This document shows positions 1 through 12,261 of a DNA stretch of 64,000 nucleotides, in pieces. The position numbers and the translations under genes are program-made. The stretch's first letter is position 1. Each line of letters starts with the position of its first letter. The notes below the pieces were generated by a model. The model did no database searches. It was not told the DNA's origin and saw nothing but the letters and a program-made list of their open reading frames with translations. The stretch is taken from positions 62,001 through 126,000 of the forward strand of contig NIVC01002662.1 in assembly GCA_002269645.1 (NCBI GenBank), in the 5' to 3' direction. Source of the stretch: Macrostomum lignano (lineage: Eukaryota).

Positions 1-783
1 TTATTAAATATAAGTAAAATGTAGATGAAACGAAACTATTTTACTTATCTTTGAATATTAGTAGGCCTATATTAGTAGATGTGACACTAGGCCTATGGCC
101 CAAAATTGTGGCACTAGGGCCTACACTACAAGCTGTAGCTAGACCTGTAGATATGCAATATGTACTAGCCTAGCTGCAGCTGTGTATGCCCTGGATTGCC
201 CCCATTTTATACATGCTTATAATATAAAGGCTTGATTCATTTAAATAAAGCGTCATCTTCTATCTAGAATCTGACAACACTCTTTTTGGCTTATGCCTGA
301 ACCATATTTGCTGTTGCCATTGACTGCAATCATCACTCCATCAGATTGCAAAACTTGCTCAAGTGCTCACACAATTTCTATAAACAACACAGATGTCTTT
401 TGCATCAAAGAATTTTTTAATGAGAATAACCAGGCCTATTCATTGATATTTTTATCTTTATCAATTTTTTAACACTTTCTGCACTATTATTATTTTAGCT
501 AAGCTTTCTTATTTTAGGTGTATATTGTAAAATAGTTTGTTAAAATGATAAGAGATCTCTATATGCAGCACCTAAATTATGTTAACTAGAATTGCTTTAT
601 GCTATGCTAGTTGATATTCTGTATCTCTTGGAGATATGGTTGATTATTAGAAGGCCTAGTGCTATTAGGCCTAGACTATAAGGGCCAATTTGTTGGCTAG
701 TAGGCCTAATCTTGTTATATATGTTATAGGGGTCTTTACTATTATTGTATTTTTATTCCACTATGCCACCAAGTTGTACCAGG

Positions 784-1452
784 CCATAGTCAGGAAGGTG
801 GCAGTTTGGTCGGAAAATTCCGGCGCACACAAGCCCTTTTGTTTTTGGGCACACAACGGCGCACAACGGCGCACAGCGGCGCGCCACAACAGCGCACAGC
901 GGCGCACTGGCGCACAGCGGCGCACAACGGCGCACACCAGAGGACACCGGCGCATGGCGGCGCGGCGCGGCGGGCGCCGCGCCACATGCAGCGTTACCCT
1001 TGTGGCGATCCCATGTAACGATGTAAGTTGTTACTTGTTACAGTACACTATTCACTGTTCCATCTAATGTAACACTGCATTCTACAAAAAAATAAAAAAT
1101 AAAAAAAAATAGTTTCCTTTTCCTTTTTACCTTTGTTTTCGCCATTTGCTTACTTTTTATGTTTGTTTTGTTTTAAAAATTAGAAATTAAATTAAATTTT
1201 TTTTAAATTTCTATATTCGGTTTAACGATCTCAATTTCTCATAATATAATATAGATAGCCCGTAACCGTCCCGTATATTGGCGCACAAAAATTGTTGCTA
1301 TGTTGTAAAAAAAGGTCTTTTATTGTCGCAAGGCAGGTAGTGGCGGGCGCACAACGGCGCACACGAGGGTTTTTGTGTCGGCGCACGGCGCACAATTTTG
1401 GGAGAGGCCAAAATTTGTTCCGGCGCACACTCTGTCACCTTCCTGACTATGG
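784..1452. mobile_element. Non-autonomous TIR DNA transposon (MITE), copy 1; superfamily unassigned
   Basis: About 21-bp TIRs CCATAGTCAGGAAGGTG(G/A)CAG at 784 and 1432-1452; exact 8-bp TSD GTACCAGG (776-783, 1453-1460); subterminal GGCGCAC repeats; no transposase ORF. Confidence 0.9.
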
Positions 1453-2335
1453 GTACCAGGGGGTGTTTAATTATTTTAGATTATCCTACCGATGTCACCA
1501 AGTTGTTATAGGGGTTATTTTTGTCTGTTAAAATCCCACTACTGTTACTAAGTTGTGGTAGATGTATCTACTTCCTAGTTTATAGTCATGCTGCTGAATC
1601 AAGTTGTTGTAATTTAGAATAGTTATTACTCCATAAAATTACTTAGTCAATTATTGTTTCTTAGAAAACATTAAGTCTAGAATTCTAATCTAAGGACTCC
1701 TTGAATCTATGCAAGTCACCCTGGTAGCAGTGTCGAGTGGCAAATACTGGTCTACATGTAGTTATGAATTTTATTACTATTATTATTACTACTATTAATT
1801 CCCTATATTTAGTTGCGGGCTCCCTAGGAAGGAGTTGCCCGACTCGTCAACCGTCTATTTCTGGTTTCTTACAGCTTTCCTGGCCTCTTACGGCTTTTTC
1901 TGGCTTCTTATAGCTTCTCTGGCCTCTTACTCCTTTTCTTGCTTCTAACAGCTTGCTTTCCTGTCTTGCTTTCCAGTGACTAAGACAACATGTTTTGCTT
2001 TTCTTAACCAAATCAAGGAAACGGTGGGCGAAGTTTTAAAGCCCGAAAAATGCTTGTATTTATAGGTTTTTACTGGGGGGAGGACAGGTGCGCGGGACAT
2101 GTTTAAACAAAATATTACTTCATCAATTTAAACAAAATAATTTTTCTTCGCTATAACAAATGTTTCGTTTAAACAAAATAATTCGGTAACTAAGAAATTT
2201 GGCGTAAATTTGAAATGGTATAAGTATAAGAATATTGGGCCTGCCTCATATAGTCTTTCACCAATAAAGGCCATAGCCATCTTTTGCTAGGGATACTTGC
2301 TGCATATGACCAAAATGGCCACACACATGCTTGGG

Positions 2336-2489
2336 TGCAACCTAGGGATTCACCTAGCCATTTCTATTAGCAACACACACATGTAAGTCGCTATTGGACA
2401 GAATAGTAGTCACGTGACTGCTCTCAACCAATAGTGACTTACATGTATGTGTTGCCAATAGAAATAGCCAGGTGAATCCCAAGGTTGCA
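2336..2489. repeat. Foldback (palindromic) element, possibly a small MITE
   Basis: About 62-bp arms 2336-2397 and 2428-2489 are near-perfect reverse complements; central GTCACGTGAC palindrome at 2409-2418. Confidence 0.8.
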
Positions 2490-2811
2490 TATGTATGGCC
2501 ACACACCAAGTTTATTAGTAATAATTAGGAAGATAGATGCTAAAGTGGAATTATATTATATTATAATCATTCCCTTTGTTTTTAGGCCTAGCTTTTATTG
2601 TAGCTTGACCTATAGGATATGTTTATTTACTTAATAAGGCAAGTAGCCAAGCATAACATTAATATAAATACCTTGTTGTATATTTATCTCATTTTTGCAT
2701 AGCATTATTATTAACAATGGTTTCTTAATAATAAACTGATAGTGATATATTTGATTTATATGGCCTTATAGAAATAAATTGGCATAAACACTAAAAGTAT
2801 TATATTATAGG

Positions 2812-3255
2812 CCATAGCTAGGAAGGTGGCAGTTTTTGGTTAATTTTCCGGCACAAATTGGCCCTTTTTTGGCACACACGGCGCACACGGCGTACAAGGA
2901 AAAATTAGAAATGCTCTGGCAGTGCATATGGCGCATGGCGCTAAAAAATATATACAGTTACACTTCGTTATACTTTGCAAAATATATAGTGTCAGGCCTA
3001 ATTCCATAATTCGTAAAATAAAATTATGTAAATTATGTAAATCACAATATAAAATACGTAAATGAAATTCAAATTTGTCTACAGTAAATTCCTTATGGTA
3101 GAATAAATACCTTACCTTACCTTACCTTACCTTAGACTTACCTTATCATGGCGCGCTGCAGCGCAAAAAATCTTTTCTTCACGGTGCACGGTGCACAGTG
3201 CTCAAAAGCCATCAAAATAGTTCCAGCGCACACTATGCCACCTTCCCGACTATGG
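2812..3255. mobile_element. Non-autonomous TIR DNA transposon (MITE), copy 2 of the CCATAG family
   Basis: Same TIR as 784-1452 (CCATAGCTAGGAAGGTGGCA ... TGCCACCTTCCCGACTATGG); exact 8-bp TSD ATTATAGG (2804-2811, 3256-3263); GGCGCAC motifs; different internal sequence including a short (CCTTA)n. Confidence 0.88.
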
Positions 3256-3359
3256 ATTATAGGGCCTATTATTATATATATTTTTATTATAAAACATTTT
3301 AAGTTTTTATATTATGAATAATTCATTTCAAATATATTATTATTGTAATAGGTCTATTT

Positions 3360-4040
3360 CTTCTTACTCTATGTATTTCACTCCCACCATTAAGCCACTA
3401 AGTTGTCATAGGCATTTTGGCTCTCTCTTTATAAATCCCACTGCTGTAACCAAAGTTGTCGCAGGGGTATTTCTGTCCTCTAACTATCCTACTAATTGCC
3501 ACCAAAGTTGTTACAGGTTTTTTATTTCCCTCTATTAAGTTTCTATTGCTAACACTAAATTTTTGCCTTAATGTTCCTAACTGTTTCTTAGAATATCATA
3601 TACTTCTGGGTAGTGTTCTTGTAGTATTCTGGTAGCATTCTTAGTACATGGTCTAATAGCATTCTTAGTATATGGCCTGAGCAGTCTTACTGGTATATGT
3701 ACTTTCTCTTTCTAGTCTAGGCATTGCCGTGATTAGAGGGTCACAGCAATTACTCTTAGTACTACTTTTATATGAATTCTTAATTACCGACTTTCAAACT
3801 TCTCTGCAATACTCTTTAGAAATGAGCAATGATCTGAGAATGATTTATCAAACATGTTTTGAGCTTATAGCTAGCAAATGAGTTATTCTTCTAACCTCAA
3901 ACCTCACTCCTATTTTTACTACTTTTTCGCATGTATTTAAAACAAACACTGAATATTTGGGAATATTTTGTAAAATAAAACAAACATAATTTTCACATTT
4001 TAAAACTAGTATTTTTTAGAAACAATAACTGCTTCTACAA
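3360..4040. repeat. Old dispersed repeat family, copy A
   Basis: Colinear similarity to 8530-9040 (shared blocks ATCCCACTG..CCAAAGTTGT, TTCTGGTAGCATTCTTAG, CACAGCAATTACTCTTAGTACTACTTTT, AGAAACAATAACTGCT); partial matches near 750-783/1460-1560 and 38740-38780; boundaries approximate. Confidence 0.7.
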
Positions 4041-5629
4041 CTTTCCTCCTCTTTAACATTAATTTTGAATGAAAGCAATACTACAGTGAAAAATTTATGA
4101 AAACACAATATACATAGTAGTACACTCAGCATTGGAAGATATCATATTGAAGAAAGTATAAAATATATTTAGTACAAATGCTAAATCAGATAGTCAATAC
4201 AGGTGTCAATTACAAAAATAGGCATAGTAAAGTTCAAAGAAAATAGGCATTTTAGAAATGTTCAATGTCAAAAGTTCAAAAGCCATAAGACCGGGGCAGG
4301 TCTTGATAAAATGGCCATCTGAGCTGCAAGAAACACTATCACAGTTCTATGTTGACTAGTTGCCGCTGCACTGGCTAGGCATCAGCTTGCAGCATGCGCT
4401 GGAGACATTTGGCAATCTCCTGTAGCACAGCCATAGCCTTGCAATGGCTGAATTGCGAACACAGAGTGCGTAAGTGAGACCAAATTTGCAACCACTGTGG
4501 CAGAGCCTCGTCTAAGCGCAGAAAGACAATCCTCAAAAAGTACTGTTGGATGCTGGATGCAAGGCATAGGCTACTGCCCGCTTCCAGGCAGCAATAGCCT
4601 AGAATAGCTGCATTTAACATAAGGCTTGTAGTGTGGGCAGTAGAGCCTCTCAGGTTGGCAAGGGTCTGCCTTCTATACGAAGGTGGCCAATGCAAACAAT
4701 ATGCTCTTTGACGCTGTTCGCTAGTTGGCAGTACTCATTGCGGCGAGCTTTGGGCAGATGAACAATGGCAATACTGAAGTTGCCTCTTATCTTGTTCAGT
4801 GGGTTGGGCTCAGCATTATCTGGTATCAGAAGGTGGCATTAGATAGGTGGCATAGCAGCAGACTGATGTTGAGGTTGCAGACCATACTGCGTAGGTGGTG
4901 TCACCATCTGCAGCTGTCTAGGCAGTGGCTGTCTGGCAGGCAATCTAGATCGCGGCCTAGAGTTGCAAGGAGGCTGGGCTGGCAAACTTGATTGGGGCAG
5001 CAATTCTGTTGGTGGCAACTGCCTAAATGTTAGTCTTGAGAGGGGCAGCAAAACAGTTGATAGCAGCTGCTCGGTTAGTAGCTGTCTAGCTGGTAGTTGC
5101 TTGGTGGACAATCTTGGTCATGGCCTGGGTCCCAGATGGTGCATCATACTGGAGCTAGGAGTGTCACTCTGGGGCAGCATGATTGATATTTTGCTATTCT
5201 TAGATTGGTGTCTTGTCAAGGCTAGGGATATCTACACTGGGGTGTCGGCATAGTGTTGCAGAAGGTCGACCAAATCTTTGGAAGTCATAATAGGTGACAT
5301 TTTCAGCCATACCACCACTGAAGATGGCCGGGGCCTTTGTCCAGGAGGCTGGGGTCTAGTTGTCTGCCAATCAGGAATAGGCAGTTTGTTTTCTTCTTCG
5401 CTAATAATCTTGCCTTCTTTGCTAGCACTTAAACTAAGTTCATCTTGCAGTTGCTTTAGTCTTTCTGCTTCATTGGCCATTGGGGATTAATTGAATTGAA
5501 TTCAGAGAGCAGGATCAGATAACAGTGGTTAGTGGAACAGATTGTTATAGAGTTCTTAGGCTCAGGCTTGATCAAAACAAATAACAAGGGTCAATTCACC
5601 TCAAATGCTCCCTTCTATTGAGGAGAAGG

Positions 5630-5885
5630 CCCAAAAAGCATAAAGAAACTAATAGAATGCTGCTTTTACCCTTGAGCATAAAGAAACTGACAAAATTAAA
5701 ATATTGCTTTTATTCTAAAAGCATAAGGAAACTAACAAAAATTAAAACACTGCTTTTACCCTCAAGCATAAGGACACATTGAAAAGAAAAATATTAGTTT
5801 TTACCTACAATCATAAGGTCATATTGGTAAAAATACTTTTTTACCTTTAAGCATAAAGTCACATTGGAAATGAAATTGCTTTTAG
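5630..5885. repeat. Degenerate tandem repeat (about 6 units of 40-50 bp)
   Basis: Recurrent GCATAA(A/G)G...TTTTACC motif. Confidence 0.55.
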
Positions 5886-6697
5886 TAAGCAATGGGTACA
5901 AACTTAATGGGTACAAAAAAAGCTTATAGCAGTAGAAAAACAAATTAGTCACAACTTACAATTTTGACTATTTATAACAAGAGTGAATAAATTAGCAGTT
6001 AGTTATCCATGGTACAAAATTAAATTGCAGTTAATTACCTTTTATTTCCACTTCTATGTTGATCTTAGATCTAGGTAGCTAGCACTTCTGGATGGCATAA
6101 GCTTGGCTCAAACAGCTGGCTGCCTTGCAGATTAGGCTGAGCTGCGGCCTGCTATTCTGGAGTATGTTGATTAGCTAGGTCTGCATTGCTGAGAAAGCAA
6201 TACATTTTCAAAACAAAAATGTTAGGATTTCATAATATTATTTGTGCTAAAAAGCAAATCAATCTTTGTTCAACTCATAAGGTTGCATTGGCCACTCAGT
6301 CTAGCATGGTGGCTCCTGTAGTTAGTCTGCCTGCCTTATTTGTGGCATCTTAATGATTTGTTATAACATTTTGTCTAAGCATCCTTGTCGCACTGTTGCT
6401 TGCTTGATCCAATAAGCCACTTTTCCAATCTTGATGACTTTATATATACTCTTGTATGGCCAGTGGAACTTTGGCAGCTCTCCCAGTTTGAGCTTTGGGT
6501 TGGCCAGGCAAACTAGGTTGCCAGGCTGTAGCTATGTGGGCTTTGGCTAGTTCTTGTAGTTTTCCTATTGTTGTTAGATCTCAGCTTGTAGTTGCTATTG
6601 TACAATTCTGTCAGTCTTGGCTAGTCTTTTGATGCTTGGCAATGTACTCTAGGTCAATAGCTACATTCAGTTGGTCTAAGATGTTATTGATTGGGTA

Positions 6698-6895
6698 CTA
6701 AGAAGGCATACCATAAAAAACATAGTGTGGCAAGAACCCACTACAATTGATTACTGATCTTAGGGCTATCAAAGCAGTTGGCAAAATATTGTCCCATTGC
6801 TGATAGTCTTCTAAGAGACAAGTGAGCACCTTCTTGATGTTCTTATTGTACAGTTTAGCTTGGCCATTGGCCCAAGGCAAATATGGCAGTATCAT
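6698..6895 (-). pseudogene. Degenerate retroviral-type integrase core fragment
   Basis: PYLPWANGQAKLYNKNIKKVL..QWDNILPTALIALRSVINCSGFLPHYVFYG matches the rve pattern PYxPxxNGxxERxNxxIKxxL..WDxxLPxALxAxRxxxxxxTGxSPxxxxxG; substitutions fit C>T/G>A decay. Confidence 0.72.
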
Positions 6896-7189
6896 GGTCT
6901 GTTGGATATCATAAAATTCATAGAAATATTGGAAATCATGCCTTGTTAACTGTTTCTCTTGATTGGAATGAATCTACACTAGGATTCTAGTGGTTAAAAA
7001 CACTCATTCTTGCAGCAGAGTTATTATCGTCTTGGCCTACTAGTTCTTCATGGCAAAAGCAAAGGGGTACTTTGACATAGTATCAAAAATACTAGAAAAG
7101 GGACCAACAGTGGGAACAGGAATGGGACCAAATAAGGGAAAGGAAAGATGACTAAAAAGATCAAGTTGTTAGCAGGGTTCAGTTAATTA

Positions 7190-7400
7190 GATGATAGCCC
7201 ACTCTACCACAGGCACAAGGGTACCATGCATTGATGGGAGAAAGGATGGGAGAAGGATTATAGCCATGGGTGGCAGGCACATGGCTTCTATGGTTTTTAG
7301 AGCAGGCTCTATCATTTGCTTTGGCTGATAGGGCTAAGCTGGCTATAATGGCATTATGGCATATTTTTATTTTTAAGATTGTTGTCAATATTCTATATCA
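7190..7400. repeat. Old dispersed repeat, paired with 9095-9300
   Basis: Shared blocks ATGCATTGATGGGAGAAA, GGTGGCAG..CATGGC.TCTATGGTT and GGCATTATGGCATA. Confidence 0.6.
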
Positions 7401-7948
7401 CAAAATAGCTGCCTAGTCTACATACAGAGCAACTATCAAAGACTTAAGGCCAAGTTTCTAGCCAGTCATCTCATATTGCAGGCATTCATTTTATAAGTCT
7501 GTCATTTTAACTGCTTGACTCGCTGTCTATGGCCTTTATAGCTGTGCCAAGCTGCTCTAGTGGTAGCAGTTGCTTAGGTAATAGGCTCCAGTTTTGTTCA
7601 TGAGCTCCCATAATAGCAACTCAGTTAATGAGTCAACTGCTGCATGCAGTCAAGATTGTATATATATGATACCTCCTCCAAGGTTGATGGCTAACTAGAG
7701 CCACTTGTCTAATTAAAGGGTAGTAAGAGCAGCATTGCATGCTGATCCAATTCTAGCAACCTGATAGTTTCTAGCTCAAATGCTAGTGGCAAGTGGCATA
7801 GCATTGATCTCTTCCATAAGGTCATGTAGCCATCTGCCCAGGTCATTGGCTAGTATAGGTGCTGTGAGTAGTTTGGGGTAGCCAACCTAGTCAGGTAGTG
7901 CTAGGCTAAGTGGTGCCTCATTTATATAGAGCACATCTAGCAGCTCTT

Positions 7949-8310
7949 AGGGGGGCCATAGCCCAGCGGTAGCGCAGCTGCTCTGGTATGCTGCGACCCA
8001 GGCTCGATTCCAAGTGCAGCCACATTAATTTGGGGCTGAATTGGAATTTCGGCTTGGCTCGCTTGTGCAATTAACGGCCTTGAGAGCCAACCCCCCAAGG
8101 CGCAGTGAAGTGTACATGCCTAACAATTGATAAAGTTAGGGCCGCTGTACACTCCTGTGTGAGTGTGTGCCTGCGTACGTATCCGCGCGCTTGTATGCCT
8201 GCTCAGAGGAGTCGGCAGAATGGGCAGTAATGCCTCTTGTCGGTTATGTGCCTATGTCGCTTAAAGTGCGCCAGGGTGCACACAACCCCCCTGCCTCTAA
8301 TAAAAAAAAA
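7949..8310 (+). mobile_element. tRNA-derived SINE, full-length copy 1
   Basis: Pol III A-box TAGCCCAGCGG and B-box GGCTCGATTCC; ends AATAAAAAAAAA; 13-bp TSD TCTAGCAGCTCTT (7936-7948, 8311-8323); highly similar to 59253-59615. Confidence 0.9.
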
Positions 8311-8529
8311 TCTAGCAGCTCTTGGTTTAGCAGTCATTTAGCATAGCTGTTGATGAGGCCAAAAGTCTTCTTTAACTCCTGGCTAAATGCCAACTTGGTA
8401 CCTCCAAACATTGGGTTGTCAGTCATGATAGTCAAATAATTATAGTACAGAACAAAATAGCAAAGGGAAATAATAGGCAAAGATTAAATGAAATTAGCTA
8501 AAAAGAATGCAAAATGTGTAACAAGGGTA

Positions 8530-9040
8530 TTTCTTCTTACTCTATATATTTCAATCCCACTGTTAAGCCACCAAAGTTGTCCTAGGGCTTACTTCTATCC
8601 TCTAAGTTATGTTGCCAAGTTGTAACAGATCTTATAGCTCTGTCTAAATATAGCTAACTATTTCTTAGAATTCCATATACTTCTGGGTAATGTTTTTAGT
8701 AAGGTTCTGGTAGCATTCTTAGCAATGTTCTGGTAGCATTCTTAGCAATATTCTGGTAGTGTTCTCTACTATATGACCTGAGCAGTCTTACTAGTATATG
8801 TATTTCCTCTCTGGTCTAGGCATTACCAAGATTAGAAGCTCACAGCAATTACTCTTAGTACTACTTTTGCATGAACTCTTGAACTCTCAACCTTCTCTAC
8901 AATACTCTTAGAAATAAACAATGATCTAAGAACTTAAACATGTAAATGTCTAAGAATATTTTGTAAAGTAAAACAAGCATAATTTTCGCGTGACATTTTA
9001 AAACTAGCTTTTCTTAGAAACAATAACTGCTACCACAAAT
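8530..9040. repeat. Old dispersed repeat family, copy B
   Basis: Diverged colinear copy of 3360-4040. Confidence 0.7.
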
Positions 9041-9094
9041 AAGAGTAGCAATAATAATAATAGTAATAGGCAAATCAAAAAGAATTGTTCAGTT

Positions 9095-9300
9095 AATGGA
9101 ATGGTAGCCCATTCTACCACAGGCGCGAGGGTGCTATGCATTGATGGGAGAAAAAAGCTTGACCCAGAGTGCCTAAGGATAGCAGTCACAGGTGGCAGAT
9201 GCATGGCCTCTATGGTTGGTAAGGTGGGCTCTGCAATCTGCTTTAGCCAACAAAGCTGAGCTGGTTATCTTGGCATTATGGCATAGTTGTAAGATATATA
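9095..9300. repeat. Old dispersed repeat, paired with 7190-7400
   Basis: Diverged direct copy of 7190-7400. Confidence 0.6.
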
Positions 9301-11218
9301 TATACCAACATATGGGGCACCCAGTGGAGCAAGCAATAGGACAACTGGTTGAATGGGGAGTCCCAGAGTTGGGCCAAAATATGAAAAGCAGCAAAAAATA
9401 ACAAAAAGAGGAAAAGGGACTAATAGTAAGAACAGAGATAGGACCTAAAGAGGGAATGGAAGCATTATTTGTTTCACATTTTTTGTGAAGAAAAGGGCAG
9501 GGGAAAGTCACACTAATGTTTTTGAGTGTTGATTAGGTGTTTTAAGTTAACCCTATGGTAGCCCACTCTATGCAATAGCATAAACAATGAAATGTTTTTT
9601 TTAACTGGAGTGACTTGAAATTGTTCATTGCTCATACCAAGGCACCACTAATGGTACCATTCCATGCAGATATTGCATTTAATAGCAAGGCAATAACCTC
9701 TAATGGTTAAAAGTATTTTTCTTTCTTGGAAAGGCCTAAGTCCAAATTCCATATATTGCAATAAAATTTGGGTAATTTTGATTGGATCAACTTTTGTTCT
9801 ATTACCCTTTAACCTGTGGTCAATAGTGGCAATGCTACTTACCTTGCAGTTGCCTAGTAAGTATAATTGCCCATAGCCTATACAAATTGATACAAAAAAG
9901 ACATTGTATTTCTCAAAAAGTTTAAAAAATTACCTAGTATTTGGCAAAGTAGATATCCTTATTAGGCACTCTTATCTATTTGTTTGCATCATTAGTCAAT
10001 TGGATTCAATAGCAGCTAGGATGCTTTTCATTACAACAGTCTTGGCTTGGCTTAAATAGAAGCCTAAGCTCCATCACATTGCAGCTTGCCAACACTATAT
10101 ATAAGGCTTTGTAGTACCTGGGTCCAGGTATATATAGGCCTATGTCAATGACATGATAGGCATTTTTGAACCTGCTAGCAAGTTGTTCAACTGTTATGAT
10201 AGATATTGCCTAATGTTTAGTGGCTATGGCTTTCCAACATGCAACATGTGCAAGTGCATGGCACACTTCTTGTTTTAGTGACTATTTGCACTTTTATAAT
10301 AGCCAGCTAATTAATTTTACTCATGAAGTGCTGAATCTTATCATTGAAAACTTGTATTTGAAATTTTATTTGACCTCCTTGAAGCAACTTTAAGTAAGAA
10401 AAGAAAATATTAACTTCAACTAAAGGACAGTTAAACAGGCACTGACATTACTGGTAGCTAGCTGAAAAAAAAATTATATTTTCAGTAAACCTGTCAGTAA
10501 AAAGGATTTGCTACATGATAAAATTAAGCAAATATATAAAAGCTATGCACCTTTGTATAAAGCAAAAATAGAAGAAAAGGTAAAACAAAACAAGAAGCAG
10601 AAAGATTATCAAAATGAAGCAATCTTCAAAGGGATCAGGGATGTAGGAAAGTTGTGACACTAAGTCGCATTTTAAGTGAAAACTTTAAATTGTATAGACA
10701 GTGTAATTTCAGAGTTTGCAAATGTACAAAAGCAGGTGATAGAAAACTAATTGTTTATCTGATAAAAGCATCTTTAGTGTTTTTTTATTATATCAAAGCC
10801 AAAGCTATCTTTAATACATGTAACTAATAATTCAATAATTGACATTAATTAACAAATAGGTTGTTATAGATGTCAACTCAACAAGCTTTAAAAATATTGC
10901 CTATTAAAAACTTAATACTGTTCTACAAGTTTTATTGTTTTGTTATTTATATGGGAGTTCATGACTTATCAATTGTCAAATTTTATTAAATGCAATTCCA
11001 TGTAGTGAGTAGGGTAAAGATATTGGTATTTAATTTGATTTGATTTTGAACCCAAAAAAGCCAAATAAATAGCTCAGTGATTCTGACCAAGAATTGTTGG
11101 TCTATGTTTCTATTTTAATGTAAAATATTTTGTTTTTGAGCCATGCATCTAATAATAATTTCAATTTGCAAAACTCATTAGCATAAATTGACCGATTGGA
11201 ATTCCAGCGAGCGCCGCA

Positions 11219-11376
11219 ATGTCTAAGCTGTCTCGAGAGATTCTCACCGAGTCGGTGGAGGGCGTGCTGAAGGGCATCAAGGACAAGCCGCGCAAGTTCA
11301 AGCAGACCATCGAGCTGCAGATCGCTCTGAAGAACTACGACCCGCAGAAGGACAAGCGATTCAGTGGTACCATCAA
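11219..11376 (+). CDS. RPL10A: 60S ribosomal protein L10a (uL1), exon 1
   Basis: [52 protein letters not shown]; diagnostic [18 protein letters not shown] motif; donor GTGAGC at 11377, phase 2. Confidence 0.97.
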
Positions 11377-11535
11377 GTGAGCAGAGATTTTTTATCGCTT
11401 ATTATGTGCCATTTTCCATCTATTGATTGCAAGCTCACTTGAGAGTCTCCTTTGGCTCCCATTGAATCCATCCCGCAATACCCATTAAAAATCAGCTTCA
11501 GTTCCGTTTGTGAATCTCTCCTAAGCCTTTTAATT

Positions 11536-12135
11536 AACAGATTCACCTGATTCCCATCAAGAAATTCACCTGATTCCCGTCTATAAACTTACCTGATTCC
11601 CTTCAGAATCTCCCCTGATTCTCCTTCAGAGCCTCCCTGATTCTCCTTCAGAGTTTCCCCGACTCCCCTTCAGAGCCTCCCCGACTCCCCTTCAGAGCCT
11701 CCCCGACTCCCCTTCAGAGCCTCCCCGACTCCCCTTCAGAGCCTCCCCGATTCCCCTTTCAGAATCTTCCCGATTCCCCTTTCAGAGCCTCCCCGATTCC
11801 CCTTCAGAGTCTCCTTTAATTCCCCTTTCAGAGTCTCCCTGATTCCCCTTTCAGAGTCTTCCTGATTCCCCTTTCAGAGCCTCCCCGATTCCCCTTCAGT
11901 GTCCTTTAATTCCCCTTTCAGAGTCTCCCTGATTCCCCTTTCAGAGTCTTCCTGATTCCCCTTTCAGAGCCTCCCCGACTCCCCTTCAGAGCCCTCCGAC
12001 TCCCCTTCAGAGCCTCCCTGATTCCCCTTCAGAGCCTCCCTGATTCCCTTTCAGAGTTTCCCCGATTTCCCTTCAGAGCTCCCTGATTCCCCTTCAGAGT
12101 CTCCCAGATTCCCCTTAGAATTCCCCTTAGAGTCC
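11536..12135. repeat. Minisatellite, about 22-bp unit, in RPL10A intron
   Basis: Tandem CCCTTCAGAGCCTCCCCGA(C/T)TC. Confidence 0.95.
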
Positions 12136-12261
12136 CCTGCGACTCTCAGCTGCTACTATTCATATATTTTTTCGATTCGCCACTGTGTTAATTATGTTAG
12201 TAACGTTAATTACCTGTAGTACACATGCGTTGCTAAGGTAAACAACCCGTTTGCCATGCAG

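Larger units (their letters stand above)
4300..6900 (-). mobile_element. Highly decayed LTR-retrotransposon relic
   Basis: Integrase remnant at 6698-6895; stop-riddled coding-like sequence 4300-5480 that may be gag; strong CpG depletion; boundaries approximate. Confidence 0.45.

Noticed and set aside
3108-3146. (CCTTA)n as telomeric repeat
   Set aside because: It is TAAGG rather than TTAGG/TTAGGG, very short and internal to a MITE
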